From Paraspadella gotoi (lineage: Eukaryota > Animalia > Chaetognatha), in assembly GCA_051294375.1 (NCBI GenBank), contig CM119265.1:8068772-8132771 (forward strand): DNA of 64,000 bases. Reading direction: 5' to 3'. Of this stretch, positions 1 through 13,047 are shown in pieces (the first letter of the stretch is position 1; each line of letters opens with the position of its first letter). The translations under genes were made by a program, and so were the position numbers. A model generated the notes under the pieces. That model searched no databases and was not told the origin of the DNA. It was given only the letters and a program-made list of their open reading frames with translations.

Positions 1-2319
1 TCCTTACAGAGTAATTTTTTTTTCTTCGACTCGATAGTATATATATTATATAATATATATGCGACATTTGTTTTTTAAAAAAAACGATTTAATTTATTAC
101 ATGCAGTCAACACAAAAGCTTCTAATATTTAAGTTTAAACATTTTATGATGCTCTCGCAATTAGATTTGTCGAGATTTAATTTTTATTCGTTTTCTTTTT
201 CCCTTTTTCATTTTTTTTCTTTATAAAAAAAAATTAAAAAAATAAGAAAAATATCAAAACAGAAAAGAACAAGAAAACGGAAATAGAAAACGAAATGAAA
301 GAAGCAAAGAAAAAAAAAGAAAATAAAAGAGAGTCCCTAGTCGCAGTTCGGACTCTTTCTCCGCCGCCGCACCTGCCAATTCGCCCAGCCAAACCCTATC
401 TCTCCCCATCTGTCACCCCCATCTGTACCCCATCTCCCTACCCCCCATCTCTTTCGAAGCCAAAAAACTAATCAAATCTCATTCCTTCTTTCTTCCTTTT
501 CAGTGAATTCAATTCGTTGTTTCTCGTGTAAAATAAATATCCTTCAGTTTTTATATAAGTGTCGTAGATGTTGTAACGTTGTTGAAAAATCACATCTGCC
601 TATATTTGTCTACAAACGGACGTGTTTGTAAACAAAAGTACCAAAAAAAAAAACGTGAAAAAAAAAAACGAAAAGTGAAATAAAAAAGAATAAATCATCG
701 TGCTGACCCGTTTTCTTTGTCCGGCGAAAGAGAAGGAAGAAAATCGGGCGGCGGAGAAAAGAAAAACGCACATAAAAAGGAAACAAAAAGGTCAACGTTC
801 GCCCCACGACTCGCGTCACGAATCGCGCCACGAGTCGCGCCAATCCGCGCCAATCGTGGGTCATCGACTCTTCGTTTTCGTCTTGATTTCTCATTTCGTC
901 AACTCACAAACTGAAAACATAAAAAACACTCACTCACTCACAATCCAAATACAAAAAACAAATTCACTAACAAAAAACTCTTCCTTCATTTTTCGTCTCG
1001 TTCTCTATCTTCCTCTCTCTCTCTTTTTCTCTCTCTCACACACCCACACAAAAATTTACTCGTCGTCAATCGGAAACCAAAAAAGAACAAACTTTTTCGT
1101 CGCTTTCTCTTCGGTTCGACAGAGAGCGAGTCGTCAAGCAAAGAAACACAAATCGAGAAAAAATATCGGTTTTTAAAACTTTCGACTCTCTCTCTGTCTT
1201 TAGCTGTATATTTTTTTTCTTTCCCTCTCTAGCTCTATCTAGCTCCGTTTCTATCTGTCTCCTTCAAGTTCCCTAACATCGAAACGCCATCTACAGTGTT
1301 TTTGTTGTCTTCTCTGTTGACAAAAAAACCGAAAAAAACGAAACATCGCTTCCCCTTATCCCACAGAAAAATATAAACAAAACGAACGTTACATATCGAG
1401 TGCTTTGTTATAGTTTCGCCCGGTGCTAAAAATCCACAGCCAAGACGCGTGTACTTTTTAGCGACAGATGTCTCTCTGTCTCTGTCTGCGTATTTGGTAA
1501 CATCTACTCGTTGCGAGAGCGAGACGCGTGCGCGCGATAAAACCAGGCTCCTCCGAGAGAAAAATATCGAATTCGAAAAGGGGAGAGAGATTGTTTATGT
1601 TTATTATTTATTCCGACGAAAAAAAGATCACATATCACGAATTCATCTCGTCTCTCATTTCCTCTTTGAAAAAGTGAAAGAAAACAGCACATATCAGTTT
1701 AAAAAGAAAAATTCACCGACAGAACGAACCAAAAAATAATAATTTATTATTTTTAAACCCGTGAGAAATTATATATATTTATTGTTTATGAAAGAATTTT
1801 CCCCCTGGGATTTAAATCGGTTGACCGAAAAAACCTCCACTACGAAATTCGCACGCGAATACTATTTTTGCATCAATAAAAAAAATTAAAAATAGACTTA
1901 AAAACAAAAACTTAATACTTCGCGAGACATATCTCTATTATCGGCCTTAAAACGCCTCCGAAACAAACAAAACAAACAAAACAAAAACAAACGGTACCCA
2001 TAATCACTCAATCGATCGCCAATAAATCTTTCACTCTCTCTCTTTCTCGATCGAACCGCGCCGCCTGCGAGGCCCCGATCGAGCATAAAACAAGCAAGCT
2101 TGAATTTCTTTCTCCTTCTCTCGTTCGGCGAAAAAGAACCGGAAGAGAATTTTATACAAAAGGAGAGTGAAAATAGTCGCGAACTCAAATAGCGCTTTTG
2201 CCTTTGGACANNNNNNNNNNNNNNNNNNNNNNNNNCTCTCTCTCTCTCTCTCTCTATCTCCTCTCTCTCCTCCTCTCTCTCTCCTCTCTCTCTCTCTCCT
2301 CTCTTCCTCTCTCTCTCTT

Positions 2320-2980
2320 CACTTCTTCGGGTCCCTCCCTCACTTCCGATCGCCAAGCACTGGAAAGCCGTGACGGCTCGCCCGCTGCTCCGCCGATTCG
2401 CTTTCGGACTTTGGGAAGAGCTGCGGGACTCTGAGTCGGTGTACCGATCTGGCCGCCGCCGCTTGCTGTCGACTCACCCGCCTCACCCGCCAGATCGGTT
2501 TTCCCTTTTTGTCAGTTTTCCAGGAGCCAAGGTAGGGTATTTTGGGGTTCCGATCGACGACTCCACTCGCCCCCCGCCCTTCGCCGCCCGCCGGCCGTTG
2601 TACGCGTAAAAATTCCACCTCATTCTCCAACACTTTTTCAGCGGCCTGCCTGACGCCCCCACGCCGCAGCTGCACCCCGCCGCACCCAGCCGCCCCCTAG
2701 TGGATTCGCGCCGCCACCGCCGTCCCAGCCTCCAGCCCGCCGCCACGGCGCCTTTTTCCGCGGAAAGCCCCTACTACGCCATGCTGCTTGTTCGCTCTGC
2801 CCCGCCGACCCACGCTCCCCGGGCCACAATACGCGGGTGTCCCGCCCGCGCCTGCGGGAACGGGAAACCCCCCTTGGCGCCCGCACCACCCTGGCGCTCA
2901 CCCCCGCCACCTACGCTTGGGGTCTCCGGTCTCGGCCCACCTCGTCGATCCCAATCTGGCACTCTGTTCCGCCCATTCAG
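2320..2980 (+). CDS. Error-rich second copy of the Ala/Pro-rich exon, with extra 5' sequence
   Basis: Aligns to 7451-7837 with many insertions and has the same CAG|GT donor at 2981. Confidence 0.4.
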
Positions 2981-3021
2981 GTGATGAAGACAAGGATGGA
3001 GGGATGGTCTCTCCTCTCTCT

Positions 3022-3111
<90 letters not shown>

Positions 3112-3697
3112 TCATCATGTTCTAAATCTTTTTTTCTTCCCTTTCTAAAGGGCTGATGAGAATAAAAGATAAAATATTTCTCCTAATACACACATGACCG
3201 TTTATTATTCTTCGACCCCGCTCGGGATTTTATCATCGATTAAAACATGTTTGTATTTTATATCCAAACGAATCCAACTAAATGGTTTCGATTTTTTTAA
3301 GTCCAACAATCCAAATAAAATGTTTATTTTTTTCATCCAACTTTTTTCGATATCTCCTTATTCTTTTACGCGTTTAAAACATTCTGTTATTCCCTTTCTC
3401 TCAGTTTTGTGTGTGGGTTATGTACGCTGTGTTGTTGAGCTGTTGTTGTCTTAGTCTTTTTCTTTGTCTCTGTTTATTTTCTCTCCGAGAAAATTTTTTT
3501 TCGTGTCGAAATTCCTTTCGATTTATCATTTTATCAAAATACACGAGAGAAGGAAAATTTATTCGAAAATCGAGAGAGAGAGAAAAAAAATGGATTTAAA
3601 AGTTCTCTCTCTCTTTTTTTTTCAATTTTAATCTTCGATCTCAAACATCGACTAGAGATGAACGACTCAGTTCCAAGAGTCTCTTCTCTCTCTCTCT

Positions 3698-3743
<46 letters not shown>

Positions 3744-3785
3744 TCTCCCTCTCTCTTCTCTCTCTCCTCTCTCTCTCTCCTCTCT

Positions 3786-3825
<40 letters not shown>

Positions 3826-4621
3826 CATTCCGCGCATTCTCGACGCTAAAAAATGCCATTTCTACTTATTTTTTTTCTAATTGGAACGGAGTGGAGAGAG
3901 ACGAGAGAGGAGGTAGAAAGAGGGAGCTTGACCATGGCAAGCCAGCCAGTTCTCAAGTTTCTATTTATACGAGAAAATGGGAAATTGGGAACTGAAAACG
4001 ACAGCAAGTTGTCACTGACGATAATGACGTTGGTGCAATTTAATTTCCTTCTGAGATGATTTCATAGAGATCCAGATGGAAACACGCAATGCTGAGCCCG
4101 AGGTTAGAGGTTTCTGATTCCCGAACCTCCGATTTCGATCCGAGGTTTTAAAGTCGAGGCCTGCTCGTCCGTAATTACCGTGAGGTTTGCTTTCTTTACC
4201 ACTTCAACTTGGTGATTTTTTTTTTTTTTTTTTTTTGGTCCATTCAATCCCTCCAATCCCTTGAGTGGTTAAGTCATCAATCCTCTCTCTTTCATTCATT
4301 TATCCAACGCCCCCACCGTCTCTTCGCCAATTCACAATCCCCCTCCAATCAAAATCAATCCCGATGAAGCGAACGACAAAAAATATGACCGTCTTATTTT
4401 AAAAAATAATAACCCCCCGCGAAATATGAAGATAAGGAACCCCCCGGGGGCCTGGCAACGACGACGACAACGACGACGACGACGTCGACGAACAGAGAAG
4501 TCGCTTAAGTGCTCCTTATTGCCTCTGTTATCTGGTTTTACGCTGAAAAAACAAACAAGAGTACGAGCAAAAAGCGAGGAGAGAGACGGAGGGAGGAGAG
4601 AGGTGAGGGAGAGAGAGAGAG

Positions 4622-4665
<44 letters not shown>

Positions 4666-4705
4666 GAGAGAGAGAAGAGAGAGAAGAGAGAGAGAGAGAG
4701 AGAAG

Positions 4706-4737
<32 letters not shown>

Positions 4738-6101
4738 GAGAAATGGACCTCAAGAGGGTCGTGGATAACCCGACGAATGAATTCGGGAAAAAAGAAAGAA
4801 AATAATCAAACGAATACTTTTTTTTAGGCTTAAATAAACTGGGATATTTGTTTGTGGCGGGGGAAAGGGAACTCCTCGTCTCGCGCGGCACGAAGGAAAG
4901 AGTGTCTAACAAGGGGAGAAAAAGGTTTGTTTATCAACAGGGATTCCGTTATATATCCTACTACGAAGATTGGTTATCGAGGAAGATTTCGGATTTGGAG
5001 CGGAACTAAACATTCGAGACTGAGAATCATTATGAAAGATTGGTGTTGAGGGCAAGGGGGAGGGGGTTTGGAAAGGGGTTTGTTTTGGGAGAAGGGTTTT
5101 AGGATCGAGAGCGGATTGACAATTTGTAAGATCACGGGTGGAGCAAAAAGATGAGGGGGGAGGGGTGTCCGAAAGAAGTCCTCGATAATCGAAACTGGAT
5201 ACGCGGATCGAGTAACAGTTTGGATGGATTGAAGGAAGAAACGAGTAAACGATCGACGCGATCGACTAGAAGAATAAAAAGTTTTTAAAACTAAAATCGT
5301 AGTACAAACAAGTTTTATGGAAAGAAAAATAATGATTTGATTTTAGGATTAAACGGAATGGTAGGGATTGATAACGTAGGTTATTCTTTCAAACTAAATT
5401 ATGATAATAGTAAATAAACTATGAATCGATCTGGTTAAAATATTCATTCTAATTCAATGAATATATTTCTTTTAAATTCTTTCCTTTTCCTTTATACTTC
5501 CCTCTTCAATTTCACTCGCCCTAATTTTCACGCCCATCTCCTTAAACATTCCTTTTGTCCCTTTCTCATCCTCTTCCATTCTTTACTCCCTCCTCTCTCT
5601 ATATATCTCGCCCACTTCTCTTTTTCGACGGCCTCTTTTTTTTTCTTGTCGAGAATTTCAGAGCTATCTTTTTTTTAGTAGTTTGCCCATTAACACTTTA
5701 ATATCCAAAGTCGGGGCCGTTGGAAGATGAAATAAAAATACATAAATTTGAAGCTTTATCTCTGTCTCTGTCTCTTTGTCAATCTCCTCTCTCTCTTCTC
5801 TCTCTCCTCTCTCTCCTCTCATCTTCTCCTCATTTCTCTTCCTCTCTCTCTCACCTCTCCCTCTCCCCTTCCTCCTTCCTCTCCCCCTCATTCTCCCTCC
5901 TCGTAGTCGTCCTCTCTCTCTCTCTCCTTCCTTCCTCTCTGCTCCTCTCCTCTCTCCCCACCTCTCTCCGCCGCCCCATCATCTTCCTCTCCTCTCCTCT
6001 CTCTTTCATTCTCCTATAAAATCTTGTATCACAACGCGCAGATTCAAATCTTTTCAACGGCTGCAGAGCAGTTTTTGGAATGAGGGGATATGAGAAAGAG
6101 T

Positions 6102-6142
<41 letters not shown>

Positions 6143-7140
6143 AGAGAGAGCAGAGAGAGAGGAGAGAGAGAGAAGAGAGAGAGAAAACGGCATAGAAAGC
6201 AAAAGGTGGTGATAATGGCGAAGGATCAAGATGATGAGAACGGGGGTAAATGGACCGCGGTTTGACGTTATGGGGTGAGGGGGGGGACAGCGCCCGGTGG
6301 GAGGGGGGGTTCGATTCCAATGAATCGGAAGAAGGGAGGAGACGGGGAAAGGGGGAGGGAAGGAAGAGATATAAAATAAATAACGCAAACGGGAAAGGAG
6401 GGAAATAGAAGGAGAAGAGAACAGGAAATAAAAAAGAAAGAAGAATAGAAATAAAAATAGACGACACCGAAGGGAAGGGAGAGTGGAAGAGAGAGACGAA
6501 GGAAAGGAAAGGTAGGAAAGAGAGAGAACAGAGACAGAATCAAAGACCTACGAAAAAATGACAAGGGCAAGGAAAATGGTAGGAGCAAAAGACTAAAAAA
6601 TAGAAACGGACTCCTCGAGCCTCCACAACACTTTTTTAAATGAAAAAAAAAAAATGACTCGATGACTTCTCCATATTTTCCGCTTCGACCCGATGGTAAT
6701 TTGGCTTTTTTGAAGGCTAAGTTGATCTCCTGTGGATTGAAATCTTTTTGAACAAATAAAATAACAAATCAGATGTGCCGTCAATACTTGCGGAACATTC
6801 CAAAGTCTCATTCATAAATTTTTTTGTTTAAATGTCATCAGCACTCAAAGAACTATTGCCATACGATTTCGTCTCATCCCATCAACCCCCCACATTTGAA
6901 TTTATTAAAAATTAAAACTTATTCGCTTAAATTTAAAGTTGTTAAAAATCATATTAATTTTTCGTTCGATGCACAACGAAGGAAGCGTGAGGAAGGGGGG
7001 GGGTTTTGAGAGGGGCGGAATGGTGTGGGAAAAGAGGGAAGGGAAAGGGAAAAAAAAAAAAGGAGTTACGTATAGTCTCATTGCATATTCGAGTCGTTTG
7101 AAAGAGAATTTCGTCCAGGTTGAGAGAGAGAGATAGAGAG

Positions 7141-7224
<84 letters not shown>

Positions 7225-7450
7225 TTTATTCAAGGTAAGGGGAAAACGAAGTTGTTCGAAGAAGGCGCTCGAATGAAACCGAAATTGAAAGCGATTAAAA
7301 TATATCTTTTGACTTCCCGCAACCGGAAACTGTCCCTCGACGATAAAAAATTTGTTTTTTTAAATTAATAGGGAATATTAAAAGTATAATTTAATAAGTA
7401 GACGCGTACAGTGATTCGACAAGGTTACGTCCAAACATCTCCGACCTTTA

Positions 7451-7837
7451 CCGCCTCACCCGCAGATCGGTCAGGTCGCTCCCGCCGCCCTCGCCGCCGC
7501 CTGCGTTCCGCCTCATTCTCACTTCACGGCCGCCGCCGCCGCAGCTGCCGCCGCAGCCGCCGCCCAGGGATTCGGCGCCGCCACCGCCGTCCCAGCTCCA
7601 GCCGCCGCCACGGCGCCTTTTTCCGCGGAAGCCTACTACGCCATGCTGCTGTCGCGCCCGCCGCACGCCACGCCGCCCGGCGCCAACCACGTCGGGGGGT
7701 TCCCGCCCGCCGCCTGCGGGAACGGAAACCCCCTGGCGCCCGCCACCACCCTGGCGCTCACCCCCGCCACCACGCTGGGGTCTCCGGTCTCGGCCCACCT
7801 CGTCGATCCCAATCTGGCACTCTGTTCCGCCATTCAG
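7451..7837 (+). CDS. Ala/Pro-rich coding exon (5' part missing in this copy), unknown protein
   Basis: GC-rich open frame PPHPQIGQVAPAALAAACVPPHSHFTAAAAAAAAAAAAQGFG...EAYYAMLLSRPP...DPNLALCSAIQ ends at CAG|GTGAAG (donor at 7838), followed by a CT microsatellite. Confidence 0.55.
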
Positions 7838-8536
7838 GTGAAGACAGGATGGAGGGATGGGTCTCTCTCNNNNNNNNNNNNNNNNNNNNNNNNNNNNNNN
7901 NNNNNNNNNNNNNNNNNNNNNNNNNNNNNNNNNNNNNNNNNNNNNNNNNNNNNNNNNNNNNNNNNNNNNNNNNNNNNNNNNNNNNNNNNNNNNNNNNNNT
8001 CTCTCTCTCTCTCTCTTCATATTTCTAAATCTTTTTTTCTTCCCTTTCTAAAGGCTGGAGAATAAAAGATAAATATTTCTCCTAATACACACATAACCGT
8101 TTTTATTATTCTTTCGACCGCTCGGGATTTTATATCCGATAAAACATGTTTGTATTTTATCCAACGAATCCAACTAAATGGTTTCGATTTTTATCCAACA
8201 ATCGATAAAATGTTTATTTTTCATCCAACTTTTTCGATATCTCCTTATTCTTTTACGCGTTAAACATCTGTATTCCTCTTTCTCTCAAGTTTTGTGTGTA
8301 GGTTATGTACGCGTGTGTGAGTGTGTCTTTAGCTCTTTTTCTTTGTCTCTGTTTATTCTCTCCGAGATTTTTCGTGTCGATTCCTCGATTTATCATTTTA
8401 TCAAAATACACGAGAGAAGAAAATTTATCGAAATCGAGAGAGAGAAAAAAAAATGGAAAAAAGTTCTCTCTCTTTTTTTTTCAATTTTAATCTTCGATGT
8501 CAAACATCGACTAGAGATGAACGACTCAGTTCCAAG

Positions 8537-8629
<93 letters not shown>

Positions 8630-8758
8630 ATTCCGCGCATATCTCGACGCTAAAAAATGATTTCTACTTATTTTTTTTCTAATCTGGAACGGAGTGGAGA
8701 GAGTGAGAGAGAGAGAGAGCTGTACATGGCAGCCAGCCAGTCTCAAGTTTCTATATAA

Positions 8759-8954
8759 CGAGAAAATGGAAATTGGGAACTGAAAACGACAGCAAGTGTC
8801 ACTGACGATAATGAGTTGGTGCAATTAAATTCCTTCCGAGATGATTCAATAGAGATCCAGATGGAACACGCAATGCTGAGCCGAGGTTTGTCTGATCCCG
8901 AACCTCCGATTCGATCGAGGTTTAAAGTCGAGGCCTGCTCGATCCGTATTAACC
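8759..8954 (+). CDS. Putative exon (noisy duplicate at ~3970-4180)
   Basis: Open frame ...NWELKTTASVTDDNELVQLNSFRDDSIEIQMEHAMLSRGLSDPEPPIRSRFKVEACSIRIN ends at a GTGAGT donor. Acceptor unclear. Confidence 0.3.
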
Positions 8955-9318
8955 GTGAGTTTGCTTTTCTTTACCACTTCACTGGTGATTTTTTATTTTT
9001 TTTTTTTTTTGGTCCATTCAATCCCTTTCAATCCCTTGAGTGTTAATTCATCAATCCTCTCTCTTTCATTCATTTATCCACGCCCCCCCACCGTCTCTTT
9101 CGCCAATCACAATCCCCTCCAATCAATCAATCCGATGAAGCGAACGACAAAAAATATGACGTCTTTTAAAATAATAACCCGCGCGGAAATATGAAGATAA
9201 GGAACGCTGGCAACGACGACGACGACGTCGACGAACAGAGAAGTCGCTAAGTGCTCCTTATTGCCTCTGTTATCTGGTTTTTTACGCTGAAAAAAACAAT
9301 CAAGGTAACGGAGCAAAA

Positions 9319-9407
<89 letters not shown>

Positions 9408-10442
9408 AAGAGAAGGAGAAAATTCACTCAAGTGAAGCGGGTTTAAAAAACCGACGTTGAATAACGAAAAAGGAAAATGAAACACCATTTCTCTCTTCCT
9501 CTCTTCCACCCCTCTCCTCCACTTCTTTCCACGTTCCGATCCTGCTCGCTCACCTCTCTCATCTCTCTCTCTCTTCTCTCGCTCTCTCCGTCTCTCTCTC
9601 TCTCTCTCTGCGAAAATAAAAAAAACAAAGGGATGATGCTTTGGTGGAAACATTGAGGCGCAAGACTCGACGGAAAACTTACCTTCCTCTTTTTCTTAAT
9701 CAGTTCCAATGAGTTCTATTATCCTGTCGTAACGACTCTCGATGTAGACGATGACGACGACGCCGACGACGACGACGAAAATTAAATGCTGACGACGATT
9801 ATGAGAGATACAAGGTATATGAAGAAGAGATGTGACTGACAAAACCAGAAAGCCGATAAAGAAGACAAAAATGTCTTTAGATTTCTAAAACAAAGAACGC
9901 CAACGATAAGTAATGACAATATAGAATATAGAATATAGAATATAATTTCACAGCGACGAATGAAATCCAACGAACGACAACAAACTACGACTAACAAACG
10001 ACGACGACGAATCAAAAGCTACGAACAAGAAACTAAAATACAAATGTAAGAAGGAAAAGGAGGAAATCGTCTCTCGCCGTCAATTAGGTGGTTTTTTTTG
10101 GGGTGGTCTCCCTCTCCGCAAAACCTATGACCGGGCCGCGAAACATGAGAACATAAGAACCGAAAGCGAAACCGAATATCAGATGCAAGATCCAACAAAA
10201 AAAAAAAGAAAGAAGTCAGGATCACAATAATATTAGTTATTACGATCATAATCTCTCTCTCTCTCATATCTCATCTTTCATCGATGCTCCATCGTCCTTA
10301 ATGTTCCCACGGGAGCCTATGAGTTCTCAATCGTTATTTCTTTCTTTGATTCATGCGCGCGGAGCGAAAAAAAAAACGTAGAGGAACGGGTTATTCTTAA
10401 CGGTTTCTCTCGCATCTCTTCTCTCTCTCTCTCTCGGTCTCT

Positions 10443-10473
<31 letters not shown>

Positions 10474-10486
10474 GCTCTCTCTTCTC

Positions 10487-10518
<32 letters not shown>

Positions 10519-10783
10519 TACCCTCAAGTCACGTGATGAAAAGTCGGAGATGTTTTGACGTAACCTTGTCGAATCCAGTGACGCGTCTCCTATTAAATTA
10601 ATACTTAATATCCACATTAATTAATTTTAAAAACATTTTTATCCGTTCGAGACAGTTTCCGAGTTGCGGAGTCAAGATATATTTTAATCGCTTCAATTTG
10701 CGGTTTCATTTCGAGCGCCTTCTTCGAAAAACTTCGTTTCCCCTTAACCTTGAAATAAACGACTCTCTCTCTCTCTCTCTCTC

Positions 10784-10835
<52 letters not shown>

Positions 10836-11776
10836 GCTCTCCTCTCACCTGACGAAATTCTCTTTGCCCAAACGACTCGAATATGCAAATGAGACTAACG
10901 TAACTCTTCCCTTTCCCTTCCCTCTTTTCCCACACATTCCGCCCCCTCAACCCCCCCCTCTTCCTCACGCTTCCTTCGTTGTGCATCGAACGAAAAATTA
11001 ATATGATTTTTTTTTAACAACTTTAATTTAAGCGAATAAGTTTTTTGATTTTTTAATAGAATCAAAGTGTGGGTGTTGGGGTGATGAGACGAAATCGTTG
11101 GAATAGTTCTTGAGTGCTGATGATTTTAAACAAAAAAATTTATGAATGAGACTTTGGAATGTTCCCGCAAGTATTGCAGCGGCAACAACTTATTGTTCAA
11201 AAATGATTCAAATCCACGAGGAGATCAACTTACGCCTTCAAAAAAGCAATATTGACATCCGGGTCGAAGCGAAAATATGGAGAAGTCATCGAGTCATCTT
11301 TTTTTTCTTTAAAAAAATGTTTGTGAGGCTCGAGGAGCTCCGTTTTCTATTTTTGTCTTTGCTCCTACATTTTCCATGCCCTTTTATTTTCTTCGTAGTC
11401 TTTGATTCTGTCTCTGTCTCTCTCTCTTTCCTACACTTTCCTTTCTCTCTCTCTCTCTCTTCCACTCTCCTTCCCTTCGGTGTCGTCTATTTTTATTCTA
11501 TTCTTCTTTCTTTTTATTTCCTTTTCTCTTCTCCTTCTATCTCCTCCTTTCCCGTTTGCGTTATTTATTTATTATCTCTTCCTCCCCCTCCCCCTTCCCC
11601 GCGTCTCCTCCCTTCTTCCGATTCATGGAATTCGAACCTCCCCCTCCCACCGGGCGCTGTCCCCCCCCTCCACCATAAGTCAAACCGCGGTCCATTACCT
11701 CCGTTCTCATCATCTTGATCCTTCGCCATTATCACCAGCCTTTTGCTTCTATGCCGTTTTCTCCTCTCTCTTCTCA

Positions 11777-11839
<63 letters not shown>

Positions 11840-13047
11840 CTCTCAACTCTTTCTCAATATCCCCTCATTCCAAAACTGCTGCTGCAGCCGTTGAAAAGAT
11901 TTGAATCTGCGCGTGTGAATACAGATTTTTATAGAGGAATGAAAGAAGAGAGAGAGAGAGAGAGAGAGGAGAAGAGAGAGAGAGAGAGAATGAGAGTGAG
12001 AGTGAGGAGAGACAGAGGAACAGAGAACAGAGCATTCAAAATTTATGTATTTTTTTATTCATCTTCAAACGGCCGACTTTGGATATTAAGTGTTAAGGGT
12101 CAAACTACTAAAAAAAAGATAGCTCTGAAATTCTCGACAAGAAAAAAAAAGAGGCCGTCGAAAAAGAGAAGTGGGCGAGATATATAGAGAGGAGGAGGAG
12201 GAGATAAAGAGAGGAAGAGGAAGAGAAAGGGACAAAGGAATGTTAAGGAGATGGGCGTGAAAAATTAAGGGCGAGTGAAATTGAAGAGGAAGTATAAAGA
12301 AAAGGAAAGAATTTAAAAAGAAATATATTCATTGAATTGGAATTGAATTTTATTTTACAGATCGATTCATGGTTTATTACTATTATCATAAGTTAGTTTT
12401 AAAGATAAACCTACGTTTTCAATCCCTACCATCCGTTAATCCTAAAATCAAATCATTATTTCTTTTCCATAAACTTTGTACTACGATTTTAGTTTAAAAC
12501 TTTTTATTCTTCAGTCGATCGTCGATCGTTTACTCGTTCTTCCTTCAATCCATCCAAACTGTTTACTCGATCCGCGTATCCAGTTTCGATTACTCGAGGA
12601 CTTCTTTCGACACCCCTCCCCCCTCATCTTTTTGCTCCACCCCTGATCTTACAAATGTCAATCGCTCTCGATCCTCAACACCCTCTCCCAAACACCCCTT
12701 CCCAAACACCCCTTCCCCCTTTGCCCTCAACACCAAATCTTTCATTATGATTCTCAGTCTCGAATGTTTAGTTCCGCTCCAAATCCAAATCTCCATCGAT
12801 AACCAAATCTCGTAGATATATAACGAATCCCTGTTGATAACAAATCCCTTTTCTCCCCTTGTTAGCACAAATCTCTTTCCTTCGTCCGCGCGAGACGACG
12901 AGTCCCTTTCCCCGCACAAACAAATATCCCATTTTTATTTAAGCCTAAAAAAAAGTATTCGTTTGATTATTTTCTTTCTTTTCTCCGAATTCATTCGTCG
13001 GGTTATCCACGACCCTCTTGACGTCCATTCTCCTCTCTCTCTCTCTC

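Larger units (their letters stand above)
2478..9420 (+). repeat. Direct duplication 2478-4740 / 7451-9420 (likely artefact)
   Basis: Colinear copies differing mostly by 1-2 bp indels in homopolymers. Confidence 0.85.

Noticed and set aside
6250-6320. GGTTCGATTCC B-box, possible tRNA or SINE
   Set aside because: No cloverleaf or properly spaced A-box.
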